28,958 nucleotides of DNA from a virus. Its lineage: Duplodnaviria; Caudoviricetes. A program made the position numbers and the translations under genes. Below are positions 9,407 to 17,004 of this stretch, piece after piece (position 1 is the first letter of the stretch; the number at the start of each line of letters is the position of its first letter). Location: positions 1 through 28,958 of the IMG/VR virus record IMGVR_UViG_3300011334_000349; one strand, 5' to 3'. Below the pieces are notes generated by a model. It was not told the DNA's origin. It ran no database searches and saw only the letters and a program-made list of their open reading frames with translations.

Positions 9407-9751
9407 TTAGAAAGGAAGTAAAGAAAAAATTCCCATCTCAAAGAAATCCTCTCCTTTTTTCACCAAGCATTTTCGAATATTCAACTCAAAAACATTGGAA
9501 TCATTGAATCCATATTTTTTTTGAGCGATATCCATGAGCAATTTTACCGGATTGTCAAGATCACTCGCCTTGTTTGAGAATCCAAAAAAGAAATCGACCC
9601 TAAGCATTTGATCATTTGCAACCTTTCCGGATGGCATTTGCGACAAGATCGCCTTTTCATATTCCTTATATCTCGGAGTTTTGAATCTTTTGCCTTGCCA
9701 AGCGAGATTCACGCTCAACGGCTTCTCTTTTATTTTGAATTGAATCATCAT
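9407..9751 (-). CDS. rusA: RusA-like Holliday junction resolvase
   Basis: 'KPLSVN' N-terminus and 'SDLDNPVKLLMD...FNDSNV' catalytic pattern. Confidence 0.85.
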   Translation of the reverse strand: MMIQFKIKEKPLSVNLAWQGKRFKTPRYKEYEKAILSQMPSGKVANDQMLRVDFFFGFSNKASDLDNPVKLLMDIAQKKYGFNDSNVFELNIRKCLVKKGEDFFEMGIFSLLPF

Positions 9752-10599
9752 GGTTTTTTAAAAACAAGAATATTTTGATGCACCTTAACAAGTTTTTTAC
9801 TTTTCATATTTCCGTTGGCTCTCATGCTTGCGCTTGCGATTGCGTTCAAAAGAATTGCCTCATTGTAAAATCTCATTCCGCATTTCTCAAATGCCTTGAT
9901 TGTATCCGGAACGAAACCAATATAAAATCCATTTTTGTCCCTTACCTCACCAACAACAAAACAAGCATATCCTCCCTTTTTTAAATTTGCACAACTCTTC
10001 TCGATTATGCTCTCATAAAGTTGTAAAAAAATCGGATATGTTTTGTTTGAAATGTCACCATCGAGATCACTATATATCTCAAGATCGGCATATGGTGGGC
10101 AACTCATTACCAAGTCAAATTCAATGTTCCATTTGTTTTCAAGAAGTTCATTGGAATCACCAACATACCATTGAGGTTGATTTTCAATCGGTAATATTTT
10201 GAGCGCTTGGTCTCGGTTGCTTTCGATTTGTTCTTGTCGTATATCGATTCCGGTGTATTTATACCCAAGGTAATTCGCCACAATTCCACGGACCGAACCT
10301 CCGGCAAATGGGTCCAAAATATTCCCTCCACTTTCACAAAACCAATGGTATAAAACCTCACAAAGAGCCGGATCAAAAACACTCACATATTCGGCCGAGT
10401 TTTTCTCCACGTTTGTGGTGCCCATATTTATCACTTTGGAATCTCTTCCAACCTCGCTTCGAATTCCCTTATTGATCCAAAGTTTTTTTCTCTTTTGCCA
10501 ATTGCCGCTTTTGGTATCCAAAACACTAAATGGAGGCTCGATAAATTTATCCCTCAATAGTTCGTCTTGAATGATTTCGTTTCCAAATAAATCAAACAT
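9748..10599 (-). CDS. Orphan amino (N6-A/N4-C) DNA methyltransferase
   Basis: SAM-binding ILDPFAGG followed by catalytic SCPPY; no cognate endonuclease nearby. Confidence 0.85.
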   Translation of the reverse strand: MFDLFGNEIIQDELLRDKFIEPPFSVLDTKSGNWQKRKKLWINKGIRSEVGRDSKVINMGTTNVEKNSAEYVSVFDPALCEVLYHWFCESGGNILDPFAGGSVRGIVANYLGYKYTGIDIRQEQIESNRDQALKILPIENQPQWYVGDSNELLENKWNIEFDLVMSCPPYADLEIYSDLDGDISNKTYPIFLQLYESIIEKSCANLKKGGYACFVVGEVRDKNGFYIGFVPDTIKAFEKCGMRFYNEAILLNAIASASMRANGNMKSKKLVKVHQNILVFKKP

Positions 10600-10615
10600 G
10601 ATTTTTTCTTTTAAC

Positions 10616-10765
10616 TTATTTGCAAGCCTTATACAAGAAGTCCATTGCGATGGTATAGGTTGCCACTATAACCACAAACAAAAAGAGATTTGAGATGTTG
10701 ACTTGCATCAATCCAAAGATCGCGAGCATTGTCGAGGAGATACTAAAAAGGTCCGCTTTTTTCAT
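10616..10765 (-). CDS. Small membrane protein (49 aa, not in track)
   Basis: MKKADLFSISSTMLAIFGLMQVNISNLFLFVVIVATYTIAMDFLYKACK fills the gap between helicase and methyltransferase. Confidence 0.6.
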   Translation of the reverse strand: MKKADLFSISSTMLAIFGLMQVNISNLFLFVVIVATYTIAMDFLYKACK

Positions 10766-10777
10766 AATGTGTTTTTT

Positions 10778-11839
10778 TTAAAATGGTGCAATTGATTGTT
10801 CATGATTAGGAAATTTAAAGTCATCATCCGGTGATGGGTATTGAAATTTTGGAATATCCGAAATCATATTTTTTCCAACAACCGCATTTTCAAAATAGTC
10901 AAATCCATCTTGTCCGATGTATCGATTTCGTTTTCGATTAAAGTCGATCGTGATCTCGAATGGAATACCAACCAACTTTTGTTTTTTAATCTTGTCCGAT
11001 TTAATGATCACCGAGGTATCATTTGGATCGGTTGCCCTATTTGGTCTCCAAACCGAAATCGTATTGTCCGTACTATCGGCAAAGGTTCCTCCACCCTTGA
11101 TTTGGTATAGGCTCGGCGGTGGATAATTTCCATCCTTCTCCTTTCGTGGTGTCGTTTGGTGCATAACCAAATGATATGAGACATTATTCTTTCGAGTGAA
11201 ATTTATCCGGTCCATCATAAAACGTGAAGCGTATAAATGCTCCGGCTCTCCGGCGCTCATCTCATGACGAATCTTGATGTATGGGTCCACGATCACCGCC
11301 TTGACATCCTTCTCCCAAACAAGGTATTCAAACACGCTCTCGATTTGTTCAATTCGAAAATCCGGCATTCCGTCCTTCTCCGGATATACAAAAAAGAAGT
11401 TGTCCTTGACCATATCGAAGGCCCTCAAATATTCCTCCTCATTCACATCAAAATTCTTATACGCTCGGTCCGTTGACTTTCCAAGGATCGTGTGAATTAT
11501 GTCATCGAAAAACTCATCCGGTGGATAATTCTCCGGAGAAAAAAAGGCAAACTTCCACCCCTCATTTATCGCTTTCAATACACAAAGAAATATCAAGAAT
11601 TGGGACTTGCCTTCGTTATTGTATCCGGTCCAAAGATTGAATTCTCCGGCCTTCCACGACCACATCTTGTTTTGAATACCTCCACTACTTATGTGATCAA
11701 TATCTCTCACGTAAGTCTTGCTTCCGGCCTCCTTTCCTTTGCGAAAGTTTTTAAGCATCGAGTCTCTTTGTCCGGCAAATGTTTTGATACTTGACTCGCA
11801 AAAATCGAGGTCAAATATTTTCTCGCTTTTCTTTTTCAT
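10778..11839 (-). CDS. SF4 (DnaB/T7 gp4/Twinkle-like) replicative helicase
   Basis: Walker A TGYNNEGKS, FSPEN, VIVDPY, LVMHQ, YQIKGGG...DN motifs. Confidence 0.88.
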   Translation of the reverse strand: MKKKSEKIFDLDFCESSIKTFAGQRDSMLKNFRKGKEAGSKTYVRDIDHISSGGIQNKMWSWKAGEFNLWTGYNNEGKSQFLIFLCVLKAINEGWKFAFFSPENYPPDEFFDDIIHTILGKSTDRAYKNFDVNEEEYLRAFDMVKDNFFFVYPEKDGMPDFRIEQIESVFEYLVWEKDVKAVIVDPYIKIRHEMSAGEPEHLYASRFMMDRINFTRKNNVSYHLVMHQTTPRKEKDGNYPPPSLYQIKGGGTFADSTDNTISVWRPNRATDPNDTSVIIKSDKIKKQKLVGIPFEITIDFNRKRNRYIGQDGFDYFENAVVGKNMISDIPKFQYPSPDDDFKFPNHEQSIAPF

Positions 11840-12144
11840 TCAACAAAAAATTTATCAATTCTTTCCTTCATTTCTTGATAGTTGCCTTGTCTTTTGCAAA
11901 CATCTTTCAACCATTGTTTTTCCAATAGGTTGTTGACCCTTGCTTCTTCTTGAGCAATCAAGGTAATACCTTTTATCTCGTAATCTTGCAAATTTATGAT
12001 ATTGATATATCTTTTTTGCAAAGCATTCAACCTCTTGAGATTTAATTCGATCAAGGCCCAATTTTTAGTTTCCACCGCCAAGACGATCATTCCCCATATA
12101 TCTCGATTGAGATCATTCAAATCCTTCAATGTTTTCTTTTCCAT
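11836..12144 (-). CDS. Hypothetical helical protein between initiator and helicase (possible loader/adaptor)
   Basis: TAATG overlap with the initiator stop and ATGA overlap with the helicase. Confidence 0.6.
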   Translation of the reverse strand: MEKKTLKDLNDLNRDIWGMIVLAVETKNWALIELNLKRLNALQKRYINIINLQDYEIKGITLIAQEEARVNNLLEKQWLKDVCKRQGNYQEMKERIDKFFVE

Positions 12145-12848
12145 TACCACCAATTATTTTCAATGCTTGACTTTGAGTGTGACGTTCCATTCTCATTTTT
12201 ATCCGGTATCGGATTACCTCTTTTTACCCAATTGATAAAATGCTCCTTTGCATCTTTCTCGCTCACCTTTAATTCCTCCTTGAGGATGCATTCTTGTCGA
12301 AATTCGTTGAGGTGTTTTTGTACTTGCTCAATTGTTGATTTGTTTTTCATGGCAATACCCTCGAGCCATATAGTACTTTTCCAAAGTGTTCGAAAAATTT
12401 CATTGTGTGACTCTTCATTTAATATTTCTTTTTCTTTCCTTTCCTTTAATTGCATTACTTGTGCATTGCTTATGCTATGCTTATGCATTGCTTGAGCATC
12501 AACATCCTTATTCCAACGCTTGTTGGCCGCATTTCTCATCTTTTCGGATCGCTCTTCTTTTAATTCCATGCGCTTCAATAGACTTTCGGACCAAAAAAAC
12601 TCCTCATCTTTTGCGAACAAATCAAAGTCGTTGATTATACTTTTGATATGATCCTCTTTTGTATGCAATGCAAATGCAATGCTTTTGTAATGCTTATGCA
12701 ATCGGTGAGTTCCCTCGTTCCGGAGCATTTCCACAAGCGCCCAAAATATTCCATAACCTTCCCAACCAAGAGTCATCCTAAGTTTGAGAATTTTTGGATC
12801 ATCCTTCGCGTTTGCATCGTGTGAAAAATAATACGCTTCTTTCCTCAT
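12144..12848 (-). CDS. Replication initiator, DUF4373 (Lin1244/Lin1753-like) N-terminal domain
   Basis: 'YYFSHDANAKDDPKILKLR...GWEGYGIFWALVEML'; upstream of helicase and contains iteron-like repeats. Confidence 0.8.
   Translation of the reverse strand: MRKEAYYFSHDANAKDDPKILKLRMTLGWEGYGIFWALVEMLRNEGTHRLHKHYKSIAFALHTKEDHIKSIINDFDLFAKDEEFFWSESLLKRMELKEERSEKMRNAANKRWNKDVDAQAMHKHSISNAQVMQLKERKEKEILNEESHNEIFRTLWKSTIWLEGIAMKNKSTIEQVQKHLNEFRQECILKEELKVSEKDAKEHFINWVKRGNPIPDKNENGTSHSKSSIENNWW
12451..12494. repeat. Iteron array 1: four 11-bp repeats (candidate origin)
   Basis: tgcattacttg, tgcattgctta, tgctatgctta, tgcattgcttg at 12451/12462/12473/12484, beside an AT-rich tract at 12418-12450. Confidence 0.7.
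12664..12702. repeat. Iteron array 2: three full and one partial 11-bp repeats
   Basis: tgcaatgcaaa, tgcaatgcttt, tgtaatgctta, tgcaat at 12664/12675/12686/12697. Confidence 0.6.
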
Positions 12849-12858
12849 GTTGTAAAAT

Positions 12859-12945
12859 AAAAAAAGCCCCGTGGGTGAGAGACCATCGGGGCCGGTTATA
12901 AATTAACCTTGGAATTTTTCTTGACTCTCACCTCAAGAAAAACTC
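12859..12945 (-). promoter_or_regulatory. Structured 5' leader of the initiator gene: two hairpins with complementary loops, the second terminator-like
   Basis: Hairpin TTTTTCTTGA-GGTGAGAG-TCAAGAAAAA; hairpin GCCCCG(A)TGG-TCTCTCAC-CCACGGGGC followed by T7. Confidence 0.7.
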
Positions 12946-12951
12946 GTTTTT

Positions 12952-12984
12952 CAAATATATAATTTTTTTTATCATCCTACCAAA
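12952..12984 (-). promoter_or_regulatory. Bacteroidetes housekeeping-sigma promoter
   Basis: TTTG (12984-12981), 21-nt spacer, TATATTTG (12959-12952); matches the -33/-7 consensus. Confidence 0.75.
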
Positions 12985-13151
12985 CACCTCTTTTTTAATT
13001 CTTGATATACGGAGGTATATGAAAGACCGACCTCAATTGCGATGGCCTTTGTTGGAAGTCTATCTTGCCAAAGTGAAAAGATTCTTTCCTTCATTTCTTC
13101 GTCAATTTTATATGACTTCCCTTTTGATTTGGTTTTTTCTAGTCCATCCAT
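12972..13151 (-). CDS. Small HTH DNA-binding protein (59 aa, not in track)
   Basis: MDGLEK...EEMKERIFSLWQDRLPTKAIAIEVGLSYTSVYQELKKRCLVG. Confidence 0.7.
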   Translation of the reverse strand: MDGLEKTKSKGKSYKIDEEMKERIFSLWQDRLPTKAIAIEVGLSYTSVYQELKKRCLVG

Positions 13152-13267
13152 TTTCCGTCATTGATTAGGTGGTGAAACCGATGTCGAATTACCTCGATAA
13201 TCAATGCGGTAATTGTGTCCGATTCATATGATCCGGCGGGGACCATGAGTGTGTATTTGCTTTTCAT
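13139..13267 (-). CDS. Small hypothetical protein (42 aa, not in track)
   Basis: MKSKYTLMVPAGSYESDTITALIIEVIRHRFHHLINDGKWMD; ATGA overlap with the upstream gene. Confidence 0.6.
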   Translation of the reverse strand: MKSKYTLMVPAGSYESDTITALIIEVIRHRFHHLINDGKWMD

Positions 13268-13467
13268 CTTTCCAATCGATAACGTGCAATTCTCTTGTCA
13301 TTTATCTCAACCATTTCGGTAAGGATAGGCAAACCGGCCGCCCTAAGGTTCTCGATTCTTGCGGACAACCGAAAGCATCCAAACATATTCAACGCTTCAA
13401 TGGTGGTCAAAGAATGCCCATTCATGAGCCATCCTTTTATGAGTGCATTTTGGGAGTCCGTTTTCAT
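13264..13467 (-). CDS. Winged-helix protein (HTH_39-like)
   Basis: 'GHSLTTIEALNMFGCFRLSARIENLR...RIARYRL'. Confidence 0.8.
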   Translation of the reverse strand: MKTDSQNALIKGWLMNGHSLTTIEALNMFGCFRLSARIENLRAAGLPILTEMVEINDKRIARYRLER

Positions 13468-13763
13468 AGTGAATCAATGAATGTCATGCAAGCATCAAAT
13501 TGCTCAATGAATTGTTCCTTGGTTATCTCGATGAGGTCTTTACCTTGAATGTGAATATACAAGTGATCCACCATCTTGACTTGGATTTCCGGATATATAA
13601 GCAATCCCTCCATTTCTTCTTTGGTGGTACCATAATAATTGACCACTACATAAGTCTTGTCACTCACAATTTTATAATATTGAGAGTGATTGATTCGAAA
13701 GTACTCCGGAACCTCGGTGGTACCTTCAACGATCTTGGTTGTTTTTAAGATTAAATTTTTCAT
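13464..13763 (-). CDS. Hypothetical protein
   Basis: 99 aa, A-rich leader, ATGA overlap downstream. Confidence 0.65.
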   Translation of the reverse strand: MKNLILKTTKIVEGTTEVPEYFRINHSQYYKIVSDKTYVVVNYYGTTKEEMEGLLIYPEIQVKMVDHLYIHIQGKDLIEITKEQFIEQFDACMTFIDSL

Positions 13764-13782
13764 TTAGTTTTTGGTTTTTAGT

Positions 13783-13884
13783 TTACAATAATTTCAAACC
13801 TAGCATATAGCCAAGGGCAAAGATTGGTGATAAGGCAAGGATGGTATACATGATTTTGCCAATAATCTTAAATGTTTTTTTCAT
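13783..13884 (-). CDS. Small single-pass membrane peptide (33 aa, not in track)
   Basis: MKKTFKIIGKIMYTILALSPIFALGYMLGLKLL fills the intergenic gap. Confidence 0.55.
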   Translation of the reverse strand: MKKTFKIIGKIMYTILALSPIFALGYMLGLKLL

Positions 13885-13904
13885 GGTGATTTTGGTTAGG
13901 TTAA

Positions 13905-13929
13905 GTGAAGCCCCCCGAAGGGGGCCGGT
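13905..13929 (-). repeat. 25-bp repeat copy 1, GCCCCC-TTCG-GGGGGC hairpin
   Basis: Identical to 16636-16660. Confidence 0.9.
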
Positions 13930-13931
13930 GA

Positions 13932-14393
13932 TTATTTGATAAGGTATCGGTAATGTGGTTTTTGAATGTCTCCGCTTGCAACGATTGTGAACGCTCTCAC
14001 AATTTTTTCTCCGTCGGTCAAGGTTGTTTCAAAATTTACTCCAACTCTCCCGCTTTTTACTTCTAGTTTTTCGATGTTCAATCCCTTTGATTCGATTTTT
14101 GCTGAGAGTTTCAAGATTGCCGACTCATAATGTTCTCCGGCTTCTTTGACTTGCTTGGCGATAAATTTGTCAACTCCACCTTGAATGATATTATATCCTT
14201 GATTCCACAAAAACTTTTGAACTTTGAAGTATTGCATTGTTCTTGGTGTGAAAACATTGTTGTAAAAATCATTTTGTAACTTCACAATGTTTGCAAATTC
14301 TTGTTTTGCCCAATCCGCAATTTGCTCCATATAGGTGGTTTTGATTGCTTCGGTCTCGTTTCTAAGTGCTTGAACTAGGAGTAAATTTGTCAT
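13932..14393 (-). CDS. Hypothetical early protein
   Basis: 153 aa, with its own promoter-like leader and a downstream hairpin. Confidence 0.7.
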   Translation of the reverse strand: MTNLLLVQALRNETEAIKTTYMEQIADWAKQEFANIVKLQNDFYNNVFTPRTMQYFKVQKFLWNQGYNIIQGGVDKFIAKQVKEAGEHYESAILKLSAKIESKGLNIEKLEVKSGRVGVNFETTLTDGEKIVRAFTIVASGDIQKPHYRYLIK

Positions 14394-14405
14394 TTTGATA
14401 TAGGG

Positions 14406-14461
14406 TTTTTTTGTGCCGATTGATTACTGATTCAAAAGAACAAACAAATATCTTATATTCC
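14406..14461 (-). promoter_or_regulatory. Putative early promoter/leader, copy A
   Basis: GGAATATAAGATATTTGTTTGTTCTTTTGAATCAGTAATCA...CACAAAAAA aligns with 16868-16918. Confidence 0.55.
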
Positions 14462-14466
14462 TATTT

Positions 14467-14808
14467 TTAACTAACTTTTTTTATCAACTTTTTTTCCTTT
14501 GCCTCTTTTACAATTTTTGAAACTTCGTTTTGCGATATGTTTTGATCAATTGCAATCTCCTTATTCGTGTAGCCAAAAGAAGAAAGAGTGATGATCTTAT
14601 TGATCTTTTCCTTTGGTAGCGCTTTAAATAGGTCGGCACCGGTTTGCCTTCTTGGAAATGCTTCATGAATCTTGAGTTGGACATATAGGATATATCCGAT
14701 TTGATCCATGTCAACATCAAGTTGATCACTTATCTTTCTCTTGCTTAGTCCTTGGATATACATCTCCCGAACTTGATCGACTATCTCATTGTATTTATAA
14801 CTTGCCAT
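14467..14808 (-). CDS. Tandem-HTH DNA-binding protein
   Basis: From ATG 14808 (MASYKY): 'GLSKRKISDQLDV' and 'GYTNKEIAIDQNISQNEVSKIV'. Confidence 0.65.
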   Translation of the reverse strand: MASYKYNEIVDQVREMYIQGLSKRKISDQLDVDMDQIGYILYVQLKIHEAFPRRQTGADLFKALPKEKINKIITLSSFGYTNKEIAIDQNISQNEVSKIVKEAKEKKLIKKVS

Positions 14809-14927
14809 AATCTTTGGAAGGTTTCGTTGAATGGTAATCTTTCCTTGTTGTATGTCGACTTGATTCCCCTCGGGATAAGGTCGTTCGTGGTTTCGATAAT
14901 CTTCCCACAATAGGTATATCTTTTCAT
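14781..14927 (-). CDS. Small hypothetical protein (48 aa, not in track)
   Basis: MKRYTYCGKIIETTNDLIPRGIKSTYNKERLPFNETFQRLWQVINTMR; ATGA overlap with the Gp157 stop. Confidence 0.5.
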   Translation of the reverse strand: MKRYTYCGKIIETTNDLIPRGIKSTYNKERLPFNETFQRLWQVINTMR

Positions 14928-15406
14928 TTGATTTGAATATTAAAGTTTTCAATGATCCTCGCTCCGATGACATTCTCGCCTCTCTTGATGGCTTCCTTGA
15001 TTGCTACTTTGTCCGGAGTAATTACGTTTTTAATATTAATGAACTCACTCGGCAAGGCATCAACAACATCAACCTCCACGGCTTCGCTTCTTCTCAAGGA
15101 TAGTTTAAATAAACTCGACTCAATCTTGTCTATTCCACTCACCAACATCGCTTCTCTCAACGCTTCTTTAAGTCTATTGAGCGCGCGATCCTTGGTCTCC
15201 TTCATTGCTTTCAATCTTTTGATCTCGGCATCAATGGCATCGGAATCGCTTTGGATGTTTGTGATGACCTTGGCATAATTTCCGGCCTTGTTTTGAAGTT
15301 GATCTTGGTTGATTATAAGAGCCGCCTCAAGTTCCGGAGTGAGTTCTTCGGTCTCAAGTAGAGAGGCCAACTCTTGGGCCTCTCTTGTGATTTCGTAAAG
15401 ATTCAT
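14924..15406 (-). CDS. Siphovirus Gp157 family protein
   Basis: 'MNLYEIT', coiled coil 'IDAEIKRLKAMK', 'PDKVAIKEAIKRGENVIGA'. Confidence 0.88.
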   Translation of the reverse strand: MNLYEITREAQELASLLETEELTPELEAALIINQDQLQNKAGNYAKVITNIQSDSDAIDAEIKRLKAMKETKDRALNRLKEALREAMLVSGIDKIESSLFKLSLRRSEAVEVDVVDALPSEFINIKNVITPDKVAIKEAIKRGENVIGARIIENFNIQIK

Positions 15407-15741
15407 AGTTCGTCCCAAGTTTGTTTTAAAACCTTGTATCCTTTTCCCTTCAAATGCTCAATCATTTGATGCTCATCAAGTAGAGTCATTTGTTTCATTG
15501 GTGCTTCAATGATTTCCGGAGAGATCATGATTTGGTTGGCATCCGTTTTCTTGGCCCAACTACTTCGGTTTAATCGGTTGCAATTTTGAAGCAAGAATTG
15601 GATGACTCTTCCGCTCTTGATCTCTTTCTCCGATATCTTAAATAATCGGAGGCGATCCATAAACATATGAGAAGAGAATGATGCCGGCATCCGGTCGAGT
15701 GCCTTGAAATAGAGTGGATTGTTGTTTGTGTAATTGTTCAT
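15403..15741 (-). CDS. Hypothetical protein
   Basis: 112 aa, C-terminal 'IEHLKGKGYKVLK'. Confidence 0.65.
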   Translation of the reverse strand: MNNYTNNNPLYFKALDRMPASFSSHMFMDRLRLFKISEKEIKSGRVIQFLLQNCNRLNRSSWAKKTDANQIMISPEIIEAPMKQMTLLDEHQMIEHLKGKGYKVLKQTWDEL

Positions 15742-15778
15742 CTTGTTTTTTGGTTTGTTTGTTTGATTGTTTGATTTA

Positions 15779-16339
15779 TTAAATTAACCCATCAAGGATT
15801 TCTTGTTGGTCTTTGGTTAGATTGTATTTTTTGAGAGCATCCTTTGCGATCTTCTTTTGGTCCTCGTTTCCATTTAGGTATTGAACTATTCCGGAAAATT
15901 GTTGATCCGTTGGAGCCACCTTTTCCGGTGCTTGATTTGATTGTTGTTGACGTACCGGTCTCGTTGCCGCTTCCCCATCATCATCCGAAATGGCCAAATT
16001 CAAAATCGATGTGATCGCATATCGGCGCGCATAACTAATCGCCGACCCTTGGGCTTGAGGATCGTTGTGCCTTACCACTTGCAATGTGTAGGTGGAGGAT
16101 ATAAACTCGCCGCTCTCGGCATGGATCAACATGGTGGTGAGACCATCGGCATTTGGGAATTGAGAGATGACAAGTCCGGCTTTCTCAAGTGGCTCGGCAA
16201 CCTCGGTGATAATGTGAGGAAGGCTCGCGTAATTGCTTTTGAAGAATGGATTTTTTGCATCCTTTGAAATACGTCCAACCATCGCGTGGAATTTTGCAAG
16301 TCCTTTGGTGAGATTGGTGATGTTTGGTGATTTGTTCAT
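15779..16339 (-). CDS. erf: ERF family ssDNA-annealing recombinase
   Basis: 'KNPFFKSNYASL', 'PQAQGSAISYARRYA', 'DDDG'. Confidence 0.92.
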   Translation of the reverse strand: MNKSPNITNLTKGLAKFHAMVGRISKDAKNPFFKSNYASLPHIITEVAEPLEKAGLVISQFPNADGLTTMLIHAESGEFISSTYTLQVVRHNDPQAQGSAISYARRYAITSILNLAISDDDGEAATRPVRQQQSNQAPEKVAPTDQQFSGIVQYLNGNEDQKKIAKDALKKYNLTKDQQEILDGLI

Positions 16340-16354
16340 ATTTTTTTTTTTGGT

Positions 16355-16618
16355 TTATAAATTGTGTTCAATTATTAATTCAACATGAAGAAGGAGAGAT
16401 GGTGTTGGCTTTACTTGGACCACGAGATCGGTATCGTGATCATAATATGAAAGACTTGAAGTGTGGTTGATAGTGACCTCGTTTTCTCCATATGCCGGAG
16501 CGAATTCCGTTTCCTCTTCAATACTTGATTCAATCGTGTAATCCCCGCACCAAATGTATTCAAAGCCATCATATGTGAATTCGATTTCTTGGTCAAAGTA
16601 ATTTTCGGTTTCGTTCAT
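16355..16618 (-). CDS. Hypothetical acidic protein
   Basis: 87 aa, D/E-rich, early region. Confidence 0.65.
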   Translation of the reverse strand: MNETENYFDQEIEFTYDGFEYIWCGDYTIESSIEEETEFAPAYGENEVTINHTSSLSYYDHDTDLVVQVKPTPSLLLHVELIIEHNL

Positions 16619-16635
16619 TTTATTAATTGATTAAG

Positions 16636-16660
16636 GTGAAGCCCCCCGAAGGGGGCCGGT
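16636..16660 (-). repeat. 25-bp repeat copy 2, UUCG hairpin
   Basis: Identical to 13905-13929. Confidence 0.9.
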
Positions 16661-16664
16661 TGAT

Positions 16665-16856
16665 TTATGCTTTTAATTTTGCCAAGCACTTTTCGCAAAC
16701 AAGGCTCTCATCTTCTTTAAGTAATTCAAGAAAATGTTTTCCCCTTACAACATGGGTCCCTCTTGAGTTTCTTTGTAGGTGTCTACCGCATGAAGTTCTT
16801 GATGGGTGAAGTTTGCCGTTTCCGATGCTTGCGAATGTGTGAGCCTTGTAATCCAT
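16665..16856 (-). CDS. Small putative zinc-binding early protein (63 aa)
   Basis: From ATG 16856: H...CG...CEKC pattern; first gene of the leftward early unit. Confidence 0.65.
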   Translation of the reverse strand: MDYKAHTFASIGNGKLHPSRTSCGRHLQRNSRGTHVVRGKHFLELLKEDESLVCEKCLAKLKA

Positions 16857-16867
16857 GACGTTATTCG

Positions 16868-16918
16868 TTTTTTGTGTGTGATTGGTGATTCGAATATCAT
16901 ATAAATAAATTAGATTCC
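16868..16918 (-). promoter_or_regulatory. Putative early promoter/leader, copy B
   Basis: GGAATCTAATTTATTTATATGATATTCGAATCACCAATCA...CACAAAAAA in the AT-rich divergent intergenic region. Confidence 0.55.
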
Positions 16919-17004
16919 AAACTATTTGTAAAAATATTTCGCACAAAAAGTAAAAATATTTTTTAATGTGAAGAATCTTGCTTTTATCTTGAGAAAAAAA
17001 AGCC

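Noticed and set aside
14809-14973. N-terminal extension of the 168-aa ORF 14467-14973
   Set aside because: It overlaps Gp157 and a better-coupled 48-aa ORF; ATG 14808 is preferred.
15742-15778. (GTTT/GATT)n low-complexity tract
   Set aside because: On the coding strand it is an A-rich AAAC leader like many others here, typical of SD-less translation starts.
13905-16660. 25-bp repeats as CRISPR repeats, att sites or IS ends
   Set aside because: Only two copies 2.7 kb apart, no spacers, and no cas, integrase or transposase gene in the window.
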